From Welwitschia mirabilis (taxonomy: Eukaryota): a stretch of 63,957 nucleotides of DNA. Numbering within the stretch: position 1 is the stretch's first letter; the number at the start of each line of letters is the position of its first letter. The notes under the pieces were generated by a model. The model was not told where the DNA came from and ran no database searches. It saw only the letters and a list, made by a program, of their open reading frames with translations. The translations under genes were made by a program, and so were the position numbers. The stretch covers positions 47,816,357-47,880,313 of the forward strand of contig JBOZIK010000001.1 of the NCBI GenBank assembly GCA_051453625.1, given 5' to 3'. Positions 1-11,910 of this stretch are shown one piece after another.

Positions 1-1820
1 CTCTAAAAAGGCTCATGCATTACTTGAAGGAACAATATTCTCTATCATTGAAGCAATCAAAAAGTTAAAGCATCAAGAATATGATCCTAAAGCATTAGTC
101 TTAGTAGACAGCCTTTTAAAAAATCAATATTACAAAATCTAGAAAGTATCAAGAAGAAAAAAAAGCATATCTAATACTGTTGTGAGTAGTAGGACATATT
201 AAACTCAATTCCTTCATAAGAGAGAGAGAGAGATAGAGAGATCTTTTAGATGGAAAGTTAAAAGTGCTAGTAGCATAAACTAGTTTCTATATAAAGAATG
301 ATTCTTTAATATAAGAAGAGCATTTACCAATATTTTAATCCTCTCTCTTTGATGAACTTATACTAGGTTCTTTTATATGATGAACTTTATTAAGTCTATA
401 TATAGTGTGGTGATTGCTTTGAGTTCTTTATGATGAACTTTAAAGAGTTTCTTATGAAGAAATTTCTATATTAATTGCTATGTTAGAAGCATGTTCTAGC
501 ACTTTGGATGTGATAACAATCTAATTCTTATATTTGTCATCAAGGCTCTTTTTTCTTTTTAGTCAAACCCTATCTTATAAATGTATCATTCCCAATTTAA
601 GTGGTTATTATAACCACTTCCATATTATTCTCTTTTGTTTCACTTACTTTGCTATTTTTGGTTGTGAAATACGTCTATTTAAACCCCTCAACACTAATGT
701 AAAAGACTAAACTAATGTTCATAGATCAATATTGTATTCCATTTCAATGGCTTGTGATTGATGGAAGCCATCCAACATTAATACCTATAACATTAATCAT
801 TCTACAAAGAATATATAAACTTGTTTATTTTTATTGAAACTAAATCTTACAATCTAACCAGTGCCATTACCTGTCTTAATCATCACCATTGGTGTTTTTA
901 AGAAATAGACTTTGAAACATTTCTTGCATTCTTTGTAAATGTTACTACCGAATTTCATAATGTTATGTTAATTATGAATGATTAAGTGATGTTTTATATT
1001 TCCCTCAAAAATGTAGGAGAAATTTGAGAGTTAATGGTTTCAAAAAAATTAAAAAAAAAGAAAAATTGACGCATGTATTTATTCAAGTTTTAATCTAAGC
1101 ACATGTGTAATCTATAATTCTAAAATCTTGAAAATTACTTGGAGATTGTATTTTACCTAAGACAAGATGACTATTTGTGAAGAGAATTTAAGCAATAATG
1201 TGACCTTGTAGGGACCTGACTTTTGAATGAATTCAATGGGCACAAAATAAAGACTCCCTATGTGTGTATATTTTAAGTCTAATTATCGCCTTTTAACAAT
1301 CTAATTAATATAAAACTTAGAAAGCAACTAATGGGTGTACACTTTGTAGGTTTTTTTTTTTTATATATATTTGGAGAAGATACATGTATGAAAATAACTT
1401 TATTTAATGTAAATAAAATTACTTTGTAAATTTAAAAAAAAAAAAAAAAAAAGCTAACTAATCAAGGAGAAAAGAATGGCCTTTCACATAAATTGGCAGA
1501 TCACCTTTTTTAATAAATAAAAATGAAAAAAATTAGAATACAGAATTGAGTAAAGGGAGACTAGCTGGTCCGTTTTTGTGATGCATGCTACATCCCTTCT
1601 CTGCACTCCTGCTTCAGCTCTGCCGCATTGTTCTGCTATGTTTTTCTTGTGAATATGCTATCTCTTCTGAGCTTCTATCTCCCCATTGTGCTAATAGCCA
1701 TTTTTCTTTCGTTCCCTTTCCATTTGATTCTATTGCTCGCCGATTTTTATACCTATCTGTGATCCTCCTTTTACTTCTTTCTTCTCCTTTGTTCCTGTTT
1801 TCCATGTTCTGAGGTACGCT

Positions 1821-1869
1821 GTGTTGTTGTTGTTGTTGTTGTTTTCTTTTTTTTTTTTTTTTTTTTTTT
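1821..1869. repeat. (TGT)n microsatellite followed by poly-T
   Basis: gtgttgttgttgttgttgttgtt followed by a long T tract. Confidence 0.9.
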
Positions 1870-2860
1870 CTGGTGTTTACTACTATCGCTATTCTCCTCT
1901 GGGCACTGTCTTTTATTCTATTGTAATGTGCATTCTCTTTTAAGTGACTGTGAATCATAGAACCTTTGCTGAATGCACCTCTGATCCGTCCTTATTTTTC
2001 TATAAATGATCTTGTTTTTTTTTATATGGCATTTTTCACCTGATCCTCCTTTGCCTTAGCTTCTGATATCTGTGAGTACTTTTCGTGTATTGGCATTCTT
2101 CTTTTTCTAATCTGCTGCCCGATGAAGTCCCACCCATTCTTATCGCTTTCTAGTTAGATTAAATGTCGCTAGCCATGATTGTCATCAAAGGAGTGAGCGA
2201 CAATGCTAAGGAATTCTTTAGCGCGTCTGATGGGATTGCAGATCTCCATCAGTGAATACTATAATGTTGCTTGTTAGAGACAGTTGCGACCAAAATGTTT
2301 CATTGCGGTTTGCAGAATGTCTTTGAGGATAAATTAGAAGCAGGTCTAAACACTCACCGTCTTATTTCATGCTGAATCTTCAAGCCCAATACACTTTTTC
2401 CAAGCCATGCTACTTTTGTTGCCCCCTTGACAAATCCTACCGATCTCTTCTCATCGTCTTGCCCACTTTGGGAAAGCATGTATCAACTAAAGATTTGCTA
2501 CAGAACTCCATCGACTGACTTTGACTTTCCTTGCTAGACTCATCTTTCACCATCTTTAATTAATACATGATTAGATTTCAGGTCATGTCCTCCTTCTTAA
2601 AGAGAATTCTGAGTCGCTTGCTCGTTTGGTGGTTCTGATGAATAATTCCAACTTTTTAGAGTCTTTAGCTTAGTATGATTTAGGAATTTCTGACTCTGCC
2701 TCTTGCATTGCCTTTCCGATTTTGATAAAGCTTGTTTTTCCTTTATTTTAAGGCTCTAGGATTTTTACTTGTATGCGTTTAGCATTAGAAACAACTGAGA
2801 AGGATAGCATTTTGAATGTTTGTTCTTTTTCTTGGTCTTTGAATATGGGTTCTTAGCTTC

Positions 2861-3337
2861 ACAGTAATCTTTCTTAGTGTTTTGATAGCATGTAGCCACG
2901 TAGATTCAGTTCATGAAGGGCTTAAGTACTTTAATGCAATGATATAGCGCTACAAGATCCAACTAGACTTAGAGCATTATGCTTGCATGGTTGATCTCCA
3001 TAAATGCACTAGTTACCTTGAGGAGGCACTGGTCTTCATTCATAGAATGCCGCTTGAGGCAGATGCTATTATTTGGAAAACATTGCTTGTAGCCTACAGG
3101 ATCCATGGGAATGCCAATTTAGGAAGATATGCAGCAGAAAAGATTGTCAAGTTGGAACCAAATGATCATGGAACTTATATGCTACTGTGTCACATGTATT
3201 GTGATATGGATAGATGACATGATGCTATAAAGCTTGGAAAACAGATGAAGAATAGAAGCATTAAAAAGGAATTAGGCTATAGTTGGATGAAGGTAAATGA
3301 CAAGTTGCATGTATTTATTTCATATTCTAGCTAGCAT
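2861..3337 (+). pseudogene. PLS-class PPR protein C-terminal fragment (last PPR motifs plus E/E+ domain)
   Basis: One frame: TVIFLSVLIACSHVDSVHEGLKYFNAMI*RYKIQLDLEHYACMVDL...MPLEADAIIWKTLLVAYRIHGNANLGRYAAEKIVKLEP...R*HDAIKLGKQMKNRSIKKELGYSWMKVNDKLHVF. Matches plant PCMP-E motifs (EHYACMVDL, GxSW). In-frame stops at about 2945 and 3215. Confidence 0.9.
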
Positions 3338-4108
3338 TGAAATTTAGTGAGTTCACAAGAATGTTTGCTTGATGATTACTTAGAACCATGGATTAAGGGC
3401 ACTTAAGCAATACCCACATCAAAGCAGTTTGCAGAACTGACATTTCTTATTGTGGGCAATCATAAAAGCATCCATACAGTGTCACTTGTTCCAAACAAAC
3501 AGCTTCTAGAGCATTATATCAACCACTTAGGAATAAAGGTCATGGTTGAGTTCAAATATTACAGAAGCATTATTGCTATCGATGTAGACTACGATGGCTA
3601 CTCGTTATTATGCATGAATGTTGCAGAGGCAGACTAGACTCCCTTGCTGTCGTAAAATTCATTTGGTTCAAGTGCCGCTCTTGCCAAATGTCTTTAGTTT
3701 ATTAAGTCCCTTGAGACTGCACGATCCCATCTTATGAGTCCCTAGAATGTGGGTGCATTCCCCTCTTGGTTAAAATGCTTGAAACCAAGATTGCAAGTGA
3801 GCAGAAAACCACAGCAAAGTCCTTATTGGTTAAAAAAAAAAAAAAAAAGGTTATTCAAAAAAGAAGTCAAGGGGAGAGTTGCACACTTGTGTTTCTCTTG
3901 TTAGAATTCCCTATGAAAATCATAGAAGAGAGGATGGTGATCAAATAGTTAAGGCCTTTTGAAAAAGTTTGTTGTTTAATGATGGAGATAAGTTATTTAT
4001 TGATTCCTTATATGAGCAAAAGGCAGATTTTATAACCATTGTACATAAAAGTATGTGTAGGTTGGGTGTAAAACCTACTTTCTTTAAATTACAATCTGTC
4101 AGAAACTT

Positions 4109-4378
4109 TTCAAAAAGGGCACTGTGGATGAAGCATTAAATCTCTACTTGTGGATGTAGAAAAATAAAATTTCATTTGATATCTCTTCTCTAGCAATTCT
4201 TTTAGATGGTATTTTTAAGCTTGGTCATGTAAAAAAGGCAAACGATATTTTTGAAGGAGTTGTAAATGATGGCCTTCATGCGAGTCCCAAACTTTATGAT
4301 AGAATGATAATTTTAAATTGTGATAGAGAAAGTGTTGATCATGCTGTAAGATTGTTTCAGAAGGTGTTGATCAGAGGT
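4109..4378 (+). pseudogene. P-type PPR repeat fragment (about 2.5 repeats)
   Basis: FKKGTVDEALNLYLWM*KNKISFDISSLAILLDGIFKLGHVKKANDIFEGVVNDGLHASPKLYDRMIILNCDRESVDHAVRLFQKVLIRG: 35-aa periodic GxVxxAxxLF pattern with one internal stop. Confidence 0.7.
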
Positions 4379-4889
4379 TTTCTTAGGTCGTTCCAGAGGC
4401 ATTTCATCCAAGTTTTATCCTTTAATCTTCTCAACTGAAGATGAGATTTCATCAAGTGCTTCATTTCTACTTGAAGAAGACAACTTCGATGGAAAAATGT
4501 GAGATTGAGAAGCGTTGGATGAGCTAGCTCATCGTTATAGCCATGATTGCACGCATCTACACCGCTTTTCTTAGAAACTTTTGTTTATAGATATCATAAA
4601 ATGGCAGTCTTTTTCTTTGGTTGGGTTGTGCTAATCAAGAGTGATGCTAAAGTTTGTGTTCTCATTTATAGGAAGCTTCTGCCATTTATCTTTAGATGTC
4701 TTCTTGCAGATATGTGCATACCAATCTCTTAATTATCATTGTTTAACAATAATCTTAGAAAAGTACTTCACATTCTAAGGGCAGAGAATGGAAGGTTGGT
4801 GGGTAAAAGTGGGAAGAATTTCTATACTACATAATCATCATAATTCATAGTAAAAATCTCTTTTAATCATTTCATATTTAATTGTTCCA

Positions 4890-5836
4890 AAAAAGAAAAT
4901 GAACAATGCAATTATCTAATTATGGAATGCAAAATGCATAAAGAATTTGCATAAAGAATATGCAAAATCGGCCCTTATGATCTGTATTCAATTAGAATTA
5001 ATCTACTAAAAGCATTAATCAAACAAAACACAAGTCATAAGAGATACAAGAAGAATTGTGTAAACAGGAGAAATTTATTGATTTTCAAATGCTTTACAAA
5101 GCACCTCAACAAGGTAAGGACTCCTCGATGACAGATGCACAACCTAACACCAAGAATTATCTCTTCTAATACTCAAATGGACCTTCAACGCCTTCAAAGG
5201 CCTTTGTCACCATTCCTCCAATGTCACAAAATGATGAAATGAGGCCAATAGGGGGTTTTTATAGTTGTTCTAGGGTTGTTAGGTTTTAGAATGTAAGTAC
5301 AAGCCGAGAAGAATTATTAGGCACAAACTAGGCTAAAATTGACTCAGTTAAGAAGAAGTTATTAGCCTGTTATGTTCACTATTATCGTGGGAATGACCAA
5401 GGGCATAACATGCCTTCATATCCAATCACAAACTACCATGTCATAATGTCATGGAAATCTAAATTTGAACCTTAATCGAAGTGTCATGACTTGTGTCATG
5501 TGGATGACAGCCTGCATGACAGTAACCCTAATTACTCACCATCTCAGCAGTGCCATGTCAGTAGCTCTATTTCCTTTTGAAATGGTATCATAACCAGTGT
5601 CGTATGGATGACATACGGGACAATAGCAAATTCCTTGAGTTTTTGCCTTTAACTTTGGACCAAATTTGTCATTGTTGAAATCATGCTGTTATAAGGTAAA
5701 TAGAGTGTCTAAGAGCACAATTAAGTTATTCTATTACTTCATAATAGAGTTCTTGAAAATGACTAAATTAAGCTCCTATCCCCTACAAAACATCATCAAT
5801 TACACTATCAAAACACGATAAATTGGTATCCCAACA
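4890..5836 (-). mobile_element. Ty3/gypsy-type LTR remnant (left boundary approximate)
   Basis: Right end aaaacacgataaattggtatcccaaca resembles the LTR termini at 22532, 30238 and 49573 (aaaacat..aatttggcatc(g/a)caaca; TGTTG.. on the - strand). Confidence 0.5.
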
Positions 5837-7693
5837 TTGTTCCAATCCTAACATTATGGGATTAAGATCAACTAAAATTGTAAAATCCTATGTGTATAAA
5901 TGTTTTTGAATTTAATAAATAATTTGAGTCATTTTAATTAATATATTTCTCAAGCTTCATGAACTAATTTAATTGCTCATTGTTCAATTATTACCATGCA
6001 TTTGAACATCACTCACTTTTTAAGACTTGCATGATCTACCTTATTTTCTATGTGTTCTCTTCCTTTCTTTCAATGATTTTATGTTATCTTCTTTTAAACG
6101 CTTACTTTGTTAACCTTCCTAACATTACTTATGTTAAAATTTGCTTTAGAAAAAATTAATATTTCATAAATGAATCATAACTCTGAGCATGCTAGGTATA
6201 AATAAATCTAATTATCATTATTCAACTTAACTTATATATGCATAGATTATTTACAATAAGACTTCTATTTTTGAATTTTAATTTGAAAATTAAAAAAATA
6301 AGAACCTATCCAGTTTATAAGGTTTTTCTATTCTCTTTAAGAATTGTACTCCTAAAATATATGCTTTAATTATTTGTTAACTAACTAGATAACTTTCTCA
6401 TTCATTAAGATTATAGACTCAAAAGCTTCATTTGTAATATTTGCATTCTTGTTATGAAACACTTTTTTTTGTGAATAAATTCTCTTGTCCTGAAAGACTT
6501 TTCTTTAAGTTTTTTAAATTTTTTTCTTGATTACGAATTCTCTCTTGATTTAATTTAACTCACTTATATTTTCCATCCATTTGGTTTTAGATTAATGTAG
6601 GATATAATTCAATTTGTTTACAAAAATTATGAACACTATCACATAGAAATTTAAGATCTATGTTTAATTTTAGAAAATGGTTTAACTCCAGTAACTCCTA
6701 TTTATTAAATCAAAATGTTTGAACCATTTTAGTTTAAACTCTTTTCCTAATTTTGATAAAATAACCTTATTTAAACTCCCCTAAATTTTTAATTTTTAAT
6801 TCAATATGTGAGGTGGCTTAAGTTTTATAAATAAGTTCATAAGGAGTGAATCTTGCACTTTGTTTTCATGTTATTTTAGAAGTGCATAATGGTTCTTCTG
6901 GTTTTTCAGTCTGATCTAATTTCTTAGAATTAATTACGTCCATCAAAATTTTATTGATCGCCCTGGCCCACTTTTCACAATATGGCAAGAGCCCTCGCAT
7001 ATGAATCTTTCGTGAGGAACACCATTCTCTTCCCAGATACGATGGCCCGCTTTTCCGCGCTCTTCGGAGCGATTCCTTGGCAGGGATTCTTTCCCAGTCT
7101 TCCCTCGCCGACGTGCGCTTAGTTCGCAAATAGGTCATTGGAGTGTCTTCTCAGCTATTTGGCCACCGAAGCGTGATACAACAAGGGCTCTGTGTAACGC
7201 TCTTTTGTCTATTTCTGTCATTCCTTCCTGTGTTTCGCCAGCTTCTCAAAACGTTTTACTTCTTATTTCAATGCTCAACGGTTCTGACTGCTATTCACGC
7301 TGTTAGGAAGAGCCATTTCAAGTTGGTAAATGTGAAAGGTTTATTTTCGTTGTAAAGTTTCGGTGTATTAAGTGAGGATCGTTTTAGGAATTAGAGAGGA
7401 GTTTCTGAAAATGGCATTGAACAGTGTAGACTAGAGAGGAAAGCTGTAACGCAAAATCAGCGTTAAATCAGACACAGTTCTGCAATGCCGTAAGAGGAGG
7501 AAGTTGTTTCAGCAGGAGAATAGATGGGGAATGAACCAACGATCTAAACATAAATGTCATAGGTGCTGTGGAAACAAAGGGCCAAATAAATAGTGTCGTA
7601 TGATAAAAACTTTAACCTACTCACTTTCACTCAACAAAAACATTAAACAAATGGTTTTAAATCTCCAACTACACAATAACCTCTTTATAGAAG

Positions 7694-7938
7694 TGAAGGA
7701 TTTTGACAAAGCAAGAAAGTTAAAAAAAAAAAAAAATGCTAGAATGATTGATAATCTTTATTGAATGAAAGCTGGCCTTTTATATGTTTACAAGAGTAAC
7801 ATTGAGGCAAAACTGAAAAGCCTATAAAACAGGAAACAAACTAGCTGCCACTAACGCTTTAAAAGCAACAGCTTAACCGAAACTGAATCTGATAACAAGC
7901 TAACTTTGAATTAGTATTCTTTAACTTATTCTTCAACA
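7694..7938 (-). repeat. copia 3' LTR (245 bp)
   Basis: TGAAGGATTTTGACAAAG...AACTTATTCTTCAACA with TG..CA termini; adjacent PPT. Confidence 0.93.
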
Positions 7939-7952
7939 TCCCCCTTTTGATT
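7939..7952 (-). promoter_or_regulatory. polypurine tract
   Basis: AATCAAAAGGGGGA on the - strand immediately before the 3' LTR. Confidence 0.85.
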
Positions 7953-7959
7953 CAAAGTT

Positions 7960-10900
7960 AGTGATGAACAGTTGAGTTCGAAGTCCTCCAAACTTCGCTT
8001 GGGCTAAAGCTTTAGTAAACAAGTCTACCAGTTATTGTTTAGACCTACAAAACTCTAGCTTTACTTCTTCTCGTGCAACCAAATCCCTTATAAAGTGATG
8101 TTTAATCTCAATGTGCTTTGTTCTTTCATGCATGACAGGATTCTTTGTCATTGCCGCTGTAGACAAATTATCATAATAAATCAGTGTTGCATGATGTTGC
8201 TTCTGATTCAATTCATCCAACAATCTTCGTAGCCACACAACTTGACATGCAACAGTTGTTGCTGCCACATACTCAGCTTCGGTTGAAGACAATGCAATAG
8301 TGGTTTGCTTCTTTGAAATCCATGTAACAACTCCTAAACCAAATATAAAACAATTTCCTGTTGTACTCCTTCTATCTTCTTGAGAACCTGCCCAATCACT
8401 ATCAGTGTATCCCACCAATTCAAACTTCTCTTGCTTCGAATACCAGATTCCAAATGCTGTTGTACCAGCAACATATCAAAGATTCCTCTTTGTTGCTCCA
8501 AAATGTTGTTTACTTGGGCAGTGCATAAACCTTGAAATTAAGCCAACAGCATAGGCCAAATCTGGCCTGATGTGAGTGAGATAGATGAGACGTCCCACTA
8601 GGCTTCTAAACTTTCTTGCATTTGCCATTCCTGTGCCATCCTTAGTTGTCAGCTTCTCATTCACATTCATTGAAGTTGTCACAATATTACAACCTCCCAT
8701 GTTGAACTTCTTCAAAATATCTGAGGCATATTTCTGTTGTGAAAGAAATATACCATTCTCGGTTTGCCTAACTTCCAGACCAAGAAAGTAGCTCAACCTT
8801 CCTAAATCTATCATCTCAAACATGTTCATCATTGCATTCTTGATAACTCAGAGATAAGTTGCATAGATAATGTAGTATAGATCATGTCATCTACATACAA
8901 ACTTACCAGGATGATATCTTCCATACCTTGCTTCTTCACATACAAAGTTGGCTTATTTGGACTTCTCTCAAAGCCATTTTGATGAAAGAAGTTATCTATC
9001 TTATTGTACCAAGCTCGAGGAGCTTGTTTTAGGCCATACAATGCTTTCTCGAGCTTGTACACTTTGTGCTCTTCTCCTGAAATCACAAAACCTTCTGGTC
9101 GCTGTACATAGACTTCTTCCCTTAGATCTCCATTTAGGAATGTTGATTTTACATCAAACTGGTATACATTCCATTGCAACTGAGCAACAAGTGCAAGAAT
9201 TACTCTTACTATTTCAAACCTTGCTACTGGTGAGAAGGTTTCTTCAAAATCTACTCCTTGCTCTTGAGCATATCCTCTTGCCACCAGTCTTTCCTTATGT
9301 TTGTGTATGCTTCCATCTGAATGATATTTAGTCTTAAAAATCCATTTAAGACTAATGGCCTTCTTCTCATCTGGTAACTCAATAAGCTTCCAGGTTCCAT
9401 TTCTTTCAATGGTAGAGATTTCATCTTTCATTGCTTTCATCCACACTTCACTCTTCATGGCAGTTTCAGCACAAATTGGATCTTTAGCAAGCATTGCATA
9501 AGTTGAAGAGTAAATATCACCTAGCATCCTGATCCTCCTTTGATACTCTGGTGTTGAATCTATAGAAGATGATGATATGCTTCCTGTAGCTGAAGATGAT
9601 ATACTTCTTGTAGGTGTTACTACTTAAGGGCTGGCTGATGCATCAAAATGAATTTTCTCTTCCTGATCTTCACCAATTGTTGTGTCTAGAACTGAACCTT
9701 GCTTTTCTAAGCCTACTTTCTAGCTTATTTGCTCATCAAACTGCACATCTCTACTAACAATAATATTCTTATCTTCTTGATCAAAGAGCCTATATGCCTT
9801 GGAGTTTGAACAATAGCCAACAAATATATATTTCTTTGATTTTTGATCTAGCTTGTGTCTACCAGAAGGAATTAATGCATGGCATATGCAACCAAATATG
9901 CGCAAGTGATTAACAGAGGGTTTAGACTTATACCAAGCTTCATATGAAGTCATATTCCACACTACTTTTATGGGAGATAGGTTTAGCACATAGGCTGCAA
10001 TTGCCACAGCTTTAGCCCAGAAATCATCAGCTAAGTCCTTTGCTTTTATCATAGAATGTGCCATTTCAACAATAGCTTTATTCCTACACTCAGCTATACC
10101 ATTTTGTTCAGGGGTATAGGGACCTGTAAGTTCTCTCTTGATCCCTTGCTCTACACAAAAACTATTGAACTCTTTGGAAAGAAATTCTTCCCCTCTATCT
10201 GTTCTGAGCACTTTTAGTCTTCCATTACATTGTCTTTCTGTTAGTGCTTTGAACCTCTTAAAAAACTCAAATGCCTCTGAGCAAAAAGTTCTCATGGACC
10301 CACAAATGTCTGCATGCACCAGCTCCAACTTTTCTTGAGCTCTCTTGCTTGTCCTCTAGGAAAGGACCTTCTTGTCTGCTTCCCCAAGGCACACCCTTCA
10401 CACACATGACCTAGCTCCTTAATTATTGGTAAACCTTGTACCATTTCTTTGTTGGCAAGTAGCTGTAGCTCTTTGACATATAGATGACCATAGCACTTAT
10501 GCCATACATCTGTGTCATCTTGCCTGTTGCTTATCATCCCATAATTTTGTTTACAAGAGAAATCTATGGGAAACATCTTGTTCTCTGTTATTTAAGCTTG
10601 CAATAGCACCTCACCTGTCTTTTTTTAAACAACACAAGCATTCTTATCAAATATAACAGGGTAACCGGAATCAACTAGTTGCCCCACAATTAACAAGTTA
10701 TGTGCCAAACCTGGTGCATAGTTCACGTTTTAAATTATATTTTATTTCCCATCAATTTTGACTGCAATAATTCCTTTTCCTTCAATTTAAACCTGCTTGT
10801 CATCTCCCAATCGAACTTGAGATTTTTGTGTCTCATCTAGCTCTTTGAACTTCTTCTTTTCTCCTGTCAAGTGATTTGAGCATGCACTATCAAGATACCA

Positions 10901-11619
10901 AATTTCTTTAGAGGCATCTTGAGGACTTACATAGGTCATAAACAGGTAATCTTCATCCTCCTCTTTTGCATATTTTTCATGATCATGTTTGCTGTAGCAA
11001 TTCTCCTCTCTGTGAACAAATTTCTTCCAATATATGCATTGGACTGGCTTGCCATGCCCACGTCCTCTTCCTCTAAAATTACCTCTGCATATGCCTCTAT
11101 TTGGATAAGTTTTCACCTGTTCCCCCTAAATTTGAAAGAAATGTTCTTCCTCTCGAGCTGTAGACTTGTTAATTCTTACTTCATGTGCTTGCAAGGATCC
11201 CATTAGTTCATCAAAAGAAAGAACTGAGAAATCTTTAGACTCCTCTATGGCTGCCACCACATGATCAAACTTGGGAGCCAAGCTTGTCAAAAGTTTTGCT
11301 ACAATAGTTTCATCTGTTATCTTATCACCATATGACCTCATTTGACTAACAGTTGATGAAACTTTAGCCAAAAATTCCTACACTGTCTCATTGCTTTTCA
11401 TGCAAACAATTTCAAAATCTCTACGTAAGGATTGAAGTTTTAGTGTCATTACCTTGGGAGATCCTTGGTATTCAGTTTTGAGAATTGTCCATGCTTGCTT
11501 GGGTGAAGTTGAGATTTGAAGAGAGTTTTCATCTTGATACTCCATAATTCATACGAATCCCCTTTGAATATGGGAATCTGGGGTTGAGAAACAATCACCG
11601 TTGTGCTGCTTGAAGCCAT
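7960..11619 (-). pseudogene. Ty1/copia gag-pol polyprotein, disrupted
   Basis: Order: gag (IPIFKGDSYELWSIKMKTLF; FDHVVAAIEESKD), degenerate Zn knuckle, protease (WYLDSACSNH), GAG-pre-integrase (WHKCYGHL..CEGC), integrase (ELVHADICG; LRTDRG; PYTPEQNG), RT (QFDVKSTFLNG; LYGLKQAPRAWY; LYVDD), RNase H (YTDSDWAG; SSTEAEY; TKHIEIKHHFIR). Several stops/frameshifts, plus deletions in gag (about 11510) and integrase (about 10290). Confidence 0.97.
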
Positions 11620-11657
11620 CTTGCTATGAAAAAAAAAAAAGCCTAGGTTGCAACTTA

Positions 11658-11669
11658 GCTTTAATACCA
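11658..11669 (-). promoter_or_regulatory. primer-binding site (initiator tRNA-Met type, 2 mismatches)
   Basis: TGGTATTAAAGC vs canonical TGGTATCAGAGC, 3 nt from the LTR. Confidence 0.85.
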
Positions 11670-11672
11670 TAA

Positions 11673-11891
11673 TGAAGGATTTTGACAAAGCAAGAAAGTT
11701 AAAAAAAAATGCGAGAATGATTGATAATCTTTATTGAATAAAAGCTGGCGTTTTATAGGCTTACATGAGTAACATTAAAGCAAAAGTGAAAAGCCTACAA
11801 AACAGGAACAAACTAGTTGCCACTAACGCTTTAAGAGCAACAACTTAACAAATTAACTTTGATTCAGTCTTTTTTAACTTATTCTTGAACA
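11673..11891 (-). repeat. copia middle LTR
   Basis: Homologous to 7694-7938 but lacks the gaaactgaatctgat segment; TG..CA termini. Confidence 0.93.
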
Positions 11892-11910
11892 TCCGCGACG
11901 ATACACGTCG

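Noticed and set aside
1-270. Possible RNase H-like tail of a LINE (LEGTIFSIIEAI..VLVDS..FLHKRE)
   Set aside because: Motifs too weak and cut by the window edge
1614-1958. 114-aa ORF with poly-K/poly-Q
   Set aside because: Produced by the poly-T and (TGT)n repeats; no domain
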